Source: Antedon mediterranea (taxonomy: Eukaryota > Animalia > Echinodermata). From it: a stretch of 64,000 nucleotides of DNA. The stretch is from positions 10,411,812 through 10,475,811 of the forward strand of contig NC_092675.1 of NCBI RefSeq assembly GCF_964355755.1, given 5' to 3'. The position numbers and the translations under genes are program-made. This document shows positions 27,301-36,432 of the stretch, one piece after another; the stretch's first letter is position 1; each line of letters begins with the position of its first letter. The notes under the pieces were generated by a model, which was not told the DNA's origin, did no database searches, and saw nothing but the letters and a program-made list of their open reading frames with translations.

Positions 27301-30097
27301 CATCCAAAGAGCATTCAAAGAAAAACATATTATCTGGCAATTCATCACAATGTAGGAATCATACAAACAACCGACAATGTGCTGCTCAGTGAAGCGCTCA
27401 TTGGGGCGGAGCAAAAGGGCCAAACTGAAGCAAACGCATCCGAATGGCAGGCTTAAAAATGTTCTGCCAAACGTATTTTTTTAATGACGTTTATCATAAT
27501 TCAATAGAAATCATGTTGTAATAATTTACCTATTATTTAAAGGCACCTCAACATTGTGGTGTTTTCAGATTTTTATTATTATAATATTATTAAGCCATTT
27601 CTTAAAAATTAATACACACAGTTAAAACTGTAATTAGAACCGTCCATACTCGTTAATCGTGTCTAACACAGAGTTCTAATAATTGACTGAAAATTAATTA
27701 TATCAAGTTTATATGAAAAAAAGCACTTAAAATATCCATTATGCATGCTGGAGGCTTTAATGTTGAAATCTTGCTTCATTTTATAACAAAATTATTGCAT
27801 TCATCTTTGAACAATTGAATTCATTAATTTATTCAGAATCTTGTATATTAATACAACACATTATGAGTGAAAAGACAAACAATTACATGTTGCATTAAAA
27901 TTTAACTTGTAAATTTTGAAGAAAGCCTCTCTATTGTTCCTTTGTTTGTTTCAATTTTATAGGATATCATAAAAATATTAATAACCCTTCAAAGAAAAAC
28001 ATGAAATTCAAATTGATGTTCAATATAAAATTATTTTATTACATTTATTAATAAAAATATTTGTATATGATACGCATTATTTTAAGATAGTGTGTACTTC
28101 TCCATGTAGTTAAAAATAACATTGCACACTACCAAAAACATTCTATGGTGGCAGTGCCATTCCGAGCATCTAAATGTCCATATTTCTAAACCTGAGCTTC
28201 AACCATGGTCGGACTGAGGTGGGGAGTAGGCTTATATATCATATTTATGCCGTCCAGAAGATTTTTAAAGAACGATTTCCGGACACCTAGATGTCTATAT
28301 TCCTAAAAATGTTCTCGCCTCATCACTGTCCACTGTATTGAAAGCCTTGCTAATATATAAAGATTATATACAGATCCTGGTGTTGTTCTATGTAGTGCTT
28401 TTTCTTTAATTTTCGGATACTGAAAATCATGTCTATAGTTGAGTGCATGGCTCTGAATCCACATTGTGAATCAGCTTGTATAATTTTTGCTAAGATCTTG
28501 CCAGCAATGGAAAAAAGGAGACGCCTCTGTGGTTCCACAGACTCTTTGATCCCACAGACTCTTTGATCACCTTTGTTCATATTTTGAGAATGGCATCTTT
28601 AAAGTCATTTGGTATCTTCAGCATGTATGAATAAGTTTTAATAAGAAGTTTTCTTTTAATTACCAGTCCTCAATATTTAAATACTGTACCTCCACAAGTA
28701 TGTCATCAGCACCAGGGGCCTTTCCTAGCATTTCTAAGCATTTCTTCTTGGTAAACTTGTTAATTTATGAAATTGTTCATATTCTTGGGGGAAAAATTGC
28801 TTTTAAATTTTACAGATTGTAAAAAAATGATAAAGTAATTGGTTTTCAGATAAGGTTCAGATTATGAAGAAAGATTGCCATTTCTAGGATTGCTAGGAAT
28901 ATTGTTGGCAGCTTTTAGATATGATCTTTAATCAAATATTATAATATAAATCATGTTTTATGCTGGTGTTTGTAATAATACTGGTAATAATGACCAGTAC
29001 TATATTAGCAAGTCTTGTATGTATCATGTTTAAATCCTGTAAACCACATTATCATGAACGCAAAACGTCTTGCGACGTAAGGCGCTAAACAAAACACCTC
29101 CAATCAAAGCGATTATTGGCCAAGTGTGCATAGGTTTATTTATTTTTCTTTTCATATCATTCTTAATGTCGTGGTTCAAAACAAAAAAAGGAGAATACAC
29201 TTTGATGCTTTCCTTCTATCCGATTTATTAGTTTCGTATTGTACTCCTGCATCAAATCATTATATAAATCATTTCAAGTACAAGAATTCAAGTCCTGCAA
29301 AATATGAATAAACAAATAACAACCACTGTATCTAACAGTCAATTATATCAATAAGTAAATAATTCACCAGTCCAACAACAAACAATCACAATATAATAGT
29401 ACCTTAAGTTATACAACACCAAACGTATGACACAGCATCAAGTCGTGATAACAACTCCTGACTATAATACCTCTGAATCTAAGATAAATATTGTAAATGC
29501 AAGTTTCATTAATCGTAAGCATGATTATAGTTACCATATGGTAAATCAGTTGCTTATATATATTATATACAAGTGCAAGAAAACAAAACTAAAAAAAATA
29601 AAACAAACAACTATAATGCATAACTATGTATTAATAATTGTTATATTTTCTTTTAAAAGATGCTAATACTTATTAATAAATCTTAAGTAGAGTATTGTAC
29701 ACTTTATAATTAATTTTTTTGCAGGCATAAAAAAGATAAGAAGGGTAAGGACAGAGAACGCGAAACTGATAGAAGTCGTGACAGAGATTCTTCCCGTAAT
29801 AAAAAGCACAAACGAGATCGTGAACGTGACCGCAAAGATCGTGATCGTGATGATCGTAAGGACAGAGAATCTGATCGGGATAGAAAGAAAGATGTTAAAG
29901 TAAAACGTGACTATGATGAAGAAGAACAGGGATATGACAAAGATGCTGAGAAAAGGGAGAAGAAGAGTACAAGTCACCGCCATGATAGTTCCAGTGAACA
30001 GAAAGTAGAACATATCGTGAAAGATGAACTGGAAAAGGCTGTAACAGCGAGTGATGCAAATGTCCAAGAAATGGATATGGATGTTGATACTGATTAG
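3180..30097 (+). CDS. SRSF11: SR splicing factor, SRSF11/SREK1 (Drosophila Srp54)-like: two RRMs, RS domain, charged tail; join(3180-3301,3745-3866,4847-4926,6199-6336,7328-7503,8233-8363,9168-9549,26265-26351,29725-30097), 536 aa
   Basis: All introns are GT-AG and exon phases are consistent (1611 nt = 537 codons). Recognised family motifs: IQVTNVSPSA, VAQHLTNTVFVDRALIVVP, IEEIRRTIYVGNL, VKYVRMAGDETQPTRFAFVEF, KINHSNNAIVKPP, EEAMKRVRDAQ, RS repeats and C-terminal RDYDEEEQGYD. Confidence 0.93.
3745..3866 (+). CDS. SRSF11: SRSF11-like coding exon 2
   Basis: Acceptor TAG ending 3744; ICFAKYADESSVAVAQHLTNTVFVDRALIVVP; donor GTAAGT at 3867. Confidence 0.92.
3893..4255. mobile_element. Diverged MITE
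   Basis: Imperfect TIRs GGACTTAACGCAACAGGA / TCCGGTTGCATGAAGTCC. Confidence 0.35.
4433..4800 (-). mobile_element. RTE-like non-LTR retrotransposon 3' fragment
   Basis: Frameshifted SETWSLT..DG.YTRMLR..LSGHVMR..VLLWEP..GRP..TW.D..DR..WR motif series. Confidence 0.75.
4847..4926 (+). CDS. SRSF11: SRSF11-like coding exon 3
   Basis: Acceptor TTTTTTCAG; TFPDEEKALQILQNGGVAGGQNGAGQ; donor GTAT at 4927; phases match both neighbours. Confidence 0.85.
4990..5410 (+). mobile_element. LINE (L2/CR1-like) 3' fragment
   Basis: FLYKCL...FNVPVRNLRS...RLSSLYN...LDIF...FK followed by an A-rich tail. Confidence 0.5.
5477..6043. mobile_element. Tc1/mariner (pogo/Tigger-like) MITE
   Basis: TA|CAGTACAACCT ... 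AGGTTCTGCTG|TA: imperfect CAG-ended TIRs with a TA duplication. Confidence 0.6.
6199..6336 (+). CDS. SRSF11: SRSF11-like coding exon 4
   Basis: LGLPQPPQLSNVDPSKIEEIRRTIYVGNLDSS; acceptor TTTTTGTAG, donor GTAAGT. Confidence 0.92.
7328..7503 (+). CDS. SRSF11: SRSF11-like coding exon 5 (RRM2 core)
   Basis: VTAEQLLTFFQKIGEVKYVRMAGDETQPTRFAFVEFSDQMTVAKALTYNGVMHGGRPL. Confidence 0.94.
7537..7960. mobile_element. TTAAAG-ended interspersed repeat (Kolobok-like MITE?); related sequence at about 16375-16660 and inverted near 62180-62564
   Basis: Shared TTAAAGAT..TTGTCCCCTAAAAAA..TTTTAATGTCA..ATAG..TAGTCAAATTGAC blocks. Confidence 0.5.
8233..8363 (+). CDS. SRSF11: SRSF11-like coding exon 6
   Basis: INHSNNAIVKPPTKSNETTQREMEEAMKRVRDAQALIQAAIDP; donor GTGAGT. 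Confidence 0.93.
8960..9130 (+). mobile_element. Partial tRNA-derived SINE (core and tail)
   Basis: AGTCTTCTC.GATAAG..TCGAGACGAGTAGGGGG..GGTCACCCAGTATAAAG matches the copy at 23334-23646. Confidence 0.75.
9168..9549 (+). CDS. SRSF11: SRSF11-like coding exon 7 (RS domain)
   Basis: RSRSRS and RRSRTP repeats; acceptor TCTTTAG, donor GTAAGT at 9550. Confidence 0.93.
12463..14202. mobile_element. PIF/Harbinger-like non-autonomous element with nested inserts
   Basis: TIR GACTGTGTTTATACAACAC / GTGTTGTATAAACACAGCC and TTA TSD (12460-12462, 14203-14205). The flanks rejoin into the SINE tail CTGGGCCCTCTGG..AGTCTTA|GACTGAAG..ACCCAGTATAAAG. Confidence 0.75.
14452..14765 (-). mobile_element. RTE-like LINE 3' fragment
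   Basis: RGRPRTTLP..L..DL...LANERSNWKKLV followed by a short-repeat tail. Confidence 0.55.
16720..18601. repeat. 27-bp minisatellite, about 70 copies
   Basis: Unit AACAACATAGATATACATAGAAT[G/C]TTT, nearly perfect throughout. Confidence 0.98.
19650..20380 (+). mobile_element. Degenerate L2-like LINE reverse transcriptase fragment
   Basis: HSTETAL, HLYADD, RLQRLQNTAARILT..HISP..LHWL in broken frames. Confidence 0.75.
20860..20973. mobile_element. Tourist/Harbinger-like MITE; related copy at 21170-21278 and fragment at 62282-62352
   Basis: TIR AGCTCTGTCTACACTATCAA / TTGATAGTGTAGACAGAGCT with TAA TSD. Confidence 0.8.
21747..22206. repeat. 46-bp tandem repeat, 10 identical copies
   Basis: CTTTCATTTTATGGTGTACCACTGTACATCTTACACATGGACCTTG x10, no spacers. 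Confidence 0.98.
22463..23108. mobile_element. Diverged MITE with internal GCTTAAG-type repeats
   Basis: GGGGCCGGATTTATCAA ... TTGATAAATGCCAACCC imperfect TIRs. Confidence 0.45.
23334..23646 (+). mobile_element. tRNA-derived SINE with Deu/Nin-like central domain
   Basis: A box TGGCCGAGCGG, B box GGTTCGAGGC, core GGATAAGGACTATAAACCGTAGGTCC..GCACTTTAAAGAACC..GAGTAGGGG, A-rich tail; several copies in the window. Domain name is from memory. Confidence 0.85.
26265..26351 (+). CDS. SRSF11: SRSF11-like coding exon 8
   Basis: DRKRRSRSKTPPPTNRRSRSGSTSPRRS; acceptor TTTTCTTTGTCAG, donor GTAAGT; phase 2 on both sides. Confidence 0.87.
28120..28800 (-). mobile_element. RTE-like LINE RT fragment
   Basis: SIAGKILAKI..SQCGFR..STIDMIFSIR..LYIIFI. 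Confidence 0.7.
29725..30097 (+). CDS. SRSF11: SRSF11-like terminal coding exon
   Basis: HKKDKKGKDRERE...KRDYDEEEQGYDKD...EMDMDVDTD then TAG at 30095-30097. Confidence 0.92.
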
Positions 30098-30660
30098 ACA
30101 AAGGTGAAAACACTCTTATTTAGGCCCATTGCCCCCTGGACCTCCTCTCTGTTTTAGAACAAGCCCATTGCCAATCAGAATAGTATTATAGTCATAATTA
30201 CATAAATAAGGACAAATGTAACCTTTGATCCAATGATGTAATGCAATCATTCTTTATAGTTTGGAAAGTACAATTGTTATTATGTTATATATATAAATAC
30301 TATGTGGTACCATTTAAAATCAACTTGCATTCCAAGTTGCTCTATAACATTTTTCTTTTATATAAATATTAATTTGTTAATCAAGGATCAATTAATGAAG
30401 GATGGATGTGATTTTCACAAAAAAATGCATTTTTTTTTCAGGAAGAAATTAGCAAAGAATATGAATTTGTACAACCTGCCTATTCCCTTTTATACATTTA
30501 TTTGTTTTGTAGACATTAGTTATTCTGTGTGTTTATCCATATCCATAAACTTGTTTTTAAATAAGTAAGTTTGTCGCATCTAAAGGTAATGAATATCTCC
30601 GATAATCAGTGTATAACATTAGTACAAGCATCGTCGTTATATTTTGTCAGGTTTTTAAGA

Positions 30661-30666
30661 AATAAA
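30661..30666 (+). promoter_or_regulatory. Candidate polyadenylation signal of the SRSF11-like gene
   Basis: AATAAA followed by GT-rich sequence about 560 nt after the stop codon. Confidence 0.4.
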
Positions 30667-31487
30667 GTGTTCGTAGTTGTCAAACATAAAATTGATGTGA
30701 TCATTTTTTACGAAGATATAGTATATTCTGTGCATTAATAGGGGTAGTAAATTGATGCTGGAAGCGTATTCCATGGTTACTTATGGGTCTCATGATTCTT
30801 AATAGTTCTTTCGTTAGATGCACTTGGGATATCAATGACAGTACAATATTCATTCATTAAGGATTTACTCTTAAAAGAAATAAATTGGTGAATTTCGGTG
30901 TTTGGAGGATTATGACATACACTTGATGAACAGGAAAATTATAGGTTTACTTTCAAAGAAGAAGTGCGTAAAGTAATGTTGTAGCCTATACTAAATGTGA
31001 ATACTGTGCCACGGTACAATTAATAAAAAATATTAACAGATTTGACAGTTAATTAATGCACACAAATTATTTTGCAAACATTTGACATCGGCAGGTCATG
31101 GAGATTTTTCTTAAATTTAGTTCACAAAGAGTCCATAAGCTAAAACTATCGGTTCGCTTAAATGAAAAACACGTTTTTGCGCAATATTTTAAACGTCAAT
31201 ATTTCCTTATTTATGGCTCCATTTTAGCAAATAAGGTATCACTGGATAGCAAATCAGAAAGGGAATCAATAAACCCAATTTATTTACAATGCTGCCAACT
31301 GTTTTCCCTTGTCTTTTTTTGCCTACCACAAAACCGTAACTATACTATTCATCAAAATGTATTATCACGTATGAAAAACAAAACATACGAAATCAGAACT
31401 TGCTGTACTTAAGCAAGCGCAAGACAAAGAGATCACATCAAATTTTATTTGTAAGTTAGTGGCATTGAGGGTTTTTGGCATTTTAAG

Positions 31488-32281
31488 TTTTTAGTCACGT
31501 GGAAGCGACTCTATAGTTCACTATGTCGGTCGGTCGGTCTGTCTGTCTGTCTGTCGGTCTGTCTGTCTGTCTGTCGGTCCGGTATCACTATGCGTTTTAT
31601 CGCTTTCTGACCTTATCTTGATATCAGTTTAATCTAGCTAGGTCAATTTTTCACAGTATATTCCTTATGGCCAGGAATCAATGTGGTTATGTTTTCACGG
31701 TGCGCAATAAAAAATTACGCGGTCTACGCACGATTTAACGAAATCACGTTTGTAATCATATCTTCACAACCATGAATCACAATTAAATAAAATTTGGTAC
31801 TCATAAATTTCAGGGCATAAATCATCATATGGCAATACAATTACGTGCGTAGCGCATGTAACGCATGCGTACGCGCGCTTAACATTTTCAAAATTTATTT
31901 TCGATGAAATAAGAGTACATTTCAGGCAATTTTAAGCGTTTACAAAATTGCCATGAGTGCGCATATTTTTGCGCGCGCACTGCGCGTTAAATGTTATTGC
32001 GCACTCTTTTTGCCCGATTTCTGTTTTCTTGACTTACCTTTCAACTCGAAATTACGTTATACGAGCACGTCGAAAGTGACAGGCTACGCACGTGTAAATT
32101 AAAAAAAAATAAATGTTTTTAAACATTTCAACATTTTTAAACATATTCAGTAATTTCGGTCAGTATAGTTCACTATGTCGATCGGTCGGTCGGTCTGTCT
32201 GTCTGTCGGTCTGTCTGTCTGTCTGTCGGTCCGGTATCACTATGCATTGTAGCACGCGACTTAATGGCTGTTGGCCTTGTT
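31488..32281 (+). mobile_element. Helentron-associated interspersed element (HINE/DINE-1-like); 5' fragment at 62353-62425
   Basis: T-rich 5' end, subterminal IR AGTCACGTG / CACGCGACT, two (GTCG/GTCT)n blocks in a duplicated core, 3' stem-loop GGCTGTTGGCC then TTGTT. Confidence 0.75.
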
Positions 32282-33849
32282 ATTAATCAGCATCAGTATT
32301 CGAAATGTTAATCTGATGACATCGCATCTGACTGCCTCATGCTATAAACATCTAGTTGCCACAAAAGACCGCATTCTTAAAGAGCCACCAAATCCTGAAC
32401 AAACTTGGAACGAGATTGATGTGAAATCTGTGCCTCGTGCTGTTTTTGGGTGGAAATTATTGATGCAGAAGTTTGTTGCTGCTGCTTTGTTAACGCTATC
32501 ACTGTCTTACCGGCAAGTACAGTATATCTTTCTTCATTCCAGTGGCATCCGACAGATTTGTCTTAGGAGCAACAGATGACAGCTCAAAATGTAGAGTATT
32601 ATCGTTAGATCAATTATTATTATTACAAAACTTAGGCTAGTAGAAGCTGGCCCTTTGTAGACCCCTAGCCCTACTTACTACTAGGCCTAGGTCCATTAAG
32701 CCTTGTAGAAAGAAAGACTATGCTATTGTTTCGTTTTTGACACCCACGCCTTTGATAAAACCCCTATGGTGAACAGTAAAACCCTCATAATGGTCAAATA
32801 AAGCATCTGTTATGGACAGAATTCAACCCCGCCCTGTGGTTTGGGTGCTGACATCGATTCGAGACGCGTTTTGAAATATTCTGCAAAAATCTTTAAAGCC
32901 TTTTTTCTGAGAATGTATGTTCATATCTTGTAGCCTTCTCTAGCACATTTGCAGTGTATTATGATAATTCGTGTCGTACATAGTTAAAATAATGTTACAA
33001 TATTGTCACTATCAGTGATGTTTATATTTCCTAATTTATATTCTTCAGTTTCACAAAATTAGTCACGTGATGATGAAAGGAGATTATATCGGGATTTGCT
33101 GATCAAGGACAAGATTACGGTTGCTTCCGAATTGATTGATGAATTGTAAACGTGCTCCATTTAAGGTCATAAGTTCACCATTCTTTATCACTGAGATTTT
33201 CAGTTTGGAAAATGTAAATTAGGATGGTGGCATTTCTAATGACAAATTTATGACAATGAGTTTATTAGGTAAAAAATCGTAATTTTAGAATTGTAATTTT
33301 TGTTAAATTTTAATTTCGTTTCATTTGATTTTATTAAAAGCTGAATTATGATGCTTATAAATATAAAACAACCAAACTGATAAAATGCGAAATGCTTCAC
33401 CGTTCTGGATTCTGCGGATCCCGCCTTTAAACTTAAGACCAACGTTCATTGAACAAACATATCTATAACCATGGAGTAGGCCTAATGATTGTTTGTTGTC
33501 CGCTTACCTCGTTATTATCATGCTAATCACTGCCTCATTTAAATACAACCTGTGTTATTGGTATATAAGTACTCTAGAATTAAGTTCTGAGGATGAGAAT
33601 AGTATTCGCGAAACCTATTCATCAAATGCCTCCCAATATTGATTTTAACTCGAAAGTTTCGGGGTATCATACATGATTATCAAACTAATAAAGTAAATAA
33701 ACCACCGAATTTTGTAGCAAATGAGTTCTTTCTACATGTTGCTGTTCTTTTTATATAAGGTTTATTTGATGTTTTCAATAAAAAAAAAATTTCAAAAAAG
33801 GATAAAGGAAGGGAAAATAGTCAATATAGTCTATATATTATGAAATGTA

Positions 33850-35669
33850 TCTATATATAAATTTACGTAAGGGCAAAAATCGGTAAATCGCGCCTTACTT
33901 CTAGAATTTTTACTCGATGGTATATAAAGTTGGTTCGTACTTTCGGTACTGATTTTAACCACCTGATGTAACCCTGTTTACTAATTAAATTGAGTTAGAT
34001 AATTAGTTATTGACGATTAAAACGAATTTAGGTTCAACGATTTGCCCCAAATAGGGGTGTTTTCCGATCGTGGTATACACTGTCTAATGGATGTCCATCT
34101 TGAAAAATACCCGCCACAAAAATGCGAGGAGGCTTCGCATTTTCCTATCTCCTCCTACGATAATTGTTTTTAATAGCTGAAAACCGGTTGAACAGTTCGA
34201 GTACAGCATCATAATGTTGAAGACAGGCCGATTTTCTTTAAAAAATACTATTTTGATACATTTAATATACGTTTTTACAAATGTATTGATTTGTGATGAA
34301 TGGAACATTCCAAATTATTTGGTTTAACCATACAGGTATAGATTTAGATTTATGGGCCCCCTTGGAGAATAAACATAAATAGTATTGCAATGCTGTACAA
34401 TACTGTTAAGGTATTAACCACTTTTGATCGCAATTTGAATCGCAAATGTCTTACTGTGAGTGTTGGTACTGTTAGATGTAATATAAAAATATATACAAAT
34501 AAACTTTATTACTGTGAGTGTGGGTAGGCCCTACTGTTAGATTATAAACATATAATATACAAATAAACATTCCAAATTATTTGGTTTAACCATAGAGGTA
34601 TAGATTTAGATTTATGGGCGGGCCCCCTTGGAGAATAAACATAAATAGTATTGCAATGCTGTACAATACTGTTAAGGTATTAACCACTTTTGATCGCAAT
34701 TTGAATCGCAAATTTCTTACTGTGAGTGTTGGTACTGTTAGATGTAATATAAAAATATATACAAATAAACTTTATTATTGTGAGTGGTAGGCCCTACTGT
34801 TAGATTATAAACATATAATATACAAATAAACATTCCAAATTATTTGGTTTAACCATAGAGGTATAGATTTAGATTTATGGGCCCCCTTGGAGAATAAACA
34901 TAAATAGTATTGCAATGCTGTACAATACTGTTAAGGTATTAACCACTTTTGATCGCAATTTGAATCGCAAATTTCTTACTGTGAGTGTTGGTACTGTTAG
35001 ATGTAATATAAAAATATATACAAATAAACTTTATTACTGTGACTGGTAGGCCCTACTGTTAGATTATAAACATATAATATACAAATAAATAAACGTTATT
35101 ACTGACAGTTGCTTCTCAACGTTTGTATTAATTAATAATTTAAAAATATATAAACGTCGTAGTGGTGTATCGTAACACATGTACTTTACTATTTCAATCG
35201 ACTATGACAGTGACAGTTCTAACAAAATACCGTATTAAATCGCAAATGTTTTACTGTATTTAGTGGTATATTATTTATAGGCCTATAAAACATTAAAAAC
35301 AATATTTCGTTACTGAGTGGATAAGAATATATTTTAAAATGTTTCCTCTTTGTACCGATCTTCTTCCCCCATCCCTCAACCCTTAATGTTACATACAAAA
35401 CACAAATTGGGTTTTTTTAAATGAGTCCAAATAAAAAAATTTGACTCATTTTGTTTCTCTCTCGGAAGTAATTCCCAGGGTGCTAATTTTGGTTGACTAC
35501 ATAAATCATTGTGTATATTTATTCGTTTCTGTAAACGACAATGTATTATAGTCCTGCGGTACTTACATTTGAAATCTCCATTTTTTTCTCGCTGGAAATA
35601 CTGTGTATTCGAGAACCATCTGTGGGCACGACCTAGATGGTACGCGAGCGAAGCGAGCGTGCCATCTAG
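33850..35669 (+). mobile_element. Non-autonomous Helitron with internal tandem repeat
   Basis: A|TCTATATATA 5' end; 3' hairpin CTAGATGGTACGC..GCGTGCCATCTAG ending CTAG|T; no TSD; inverted relative at 63000-63903. Confidence 0.75.
34305..35090. repeat. About 262-bp tandem repeat x3 inside the Helitron
   Basis: Units start ACATTCCAAATTATTTGGTTTAACC at about 34305, 34567 and 34830. Confidence 0.92.
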
Positions 35670-36281
35670 TTATTTGAAATTCGTACTTTCTTTTTTAATA
35701 CCTTATTCATTTGTTTTATTGTTATTGCTTGAAAGAATTAAAGAAAATAAATGTTTACGGTGATTGATTGATTGATTGATTGATTGAATTAACAATTATT
35801 TGATTTATTTATACCCAGCACTTTCACACTCAAAATAAACGGGTTGTTTAAGGGTTAAAAAGAAGAAACAGTATATTAATCATATTCCTTACGCAATTGA
35901 CTTGTTCTTGATGTTATTGATACGGCGAAAGGTCTCCAAAAATTGATTAGTTAATTTGAACTCTATTGTGATACCTGGAAACTTACTGTGAATACTAAAC
36001 AATTAAAAATTTATGTTTTAAAAAATGTAATGGTAGAGCTTGAAATTGAAAAGGGGAGATGCAATTAAATTAAGCAATTAAATTAGCTTTAGATCGTTTT
36101 TATTTTGATTATTTAATGGGAAAATGTCTACAAGACGTAAAATAGTTGGAAAAAAATAGGCTAGATCTGTTCCAGTTGCCTGTCGAAGTTTCGTAATGGT
36201 ATCGCTGCCTTTCTAGCCTAACTAGCAATAGGCCTATCAGTATATCAATATAACGTCAGAGTAGGGCAAAACATCTGACCA

Positions 36282-36432
36282 AATAATGAATGTTTATATT
36301 CGTGGAGTGGTACAAATGTCATTCGGTGAATGATGAAAGGCTATATTTCAACTTGGCTTTGCCTCGTATAACCTTTCATCATTCACCTCATGGTATTATT
36401 TGTACAATTCCACTTATAAACATTCATTATTT
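36282..36432. mobile_element. Short fold-back (palindromic) element
   Basis: AATAATGAATGTTTATA..GGTGAATGATGAAAGG / CCTTTCATCATTCACC..TATAAACATTCATTATT. Confidence 0.7.

Noticed and set aside
29663-30113. Hydrophobic minus-strand ORFs resembling membrane proteins
   Set aside because: Antisense shadow of the charged terminal exon.
32271-33150. Protein-like stretches (KEPPNPEQTWNEIDVKSVPRAVFGWKLL; DDERRLYRDLLIKDK)
   Set aside because: No recognisable family and no consistent exon chain; may be a decayed gene but unsupported.
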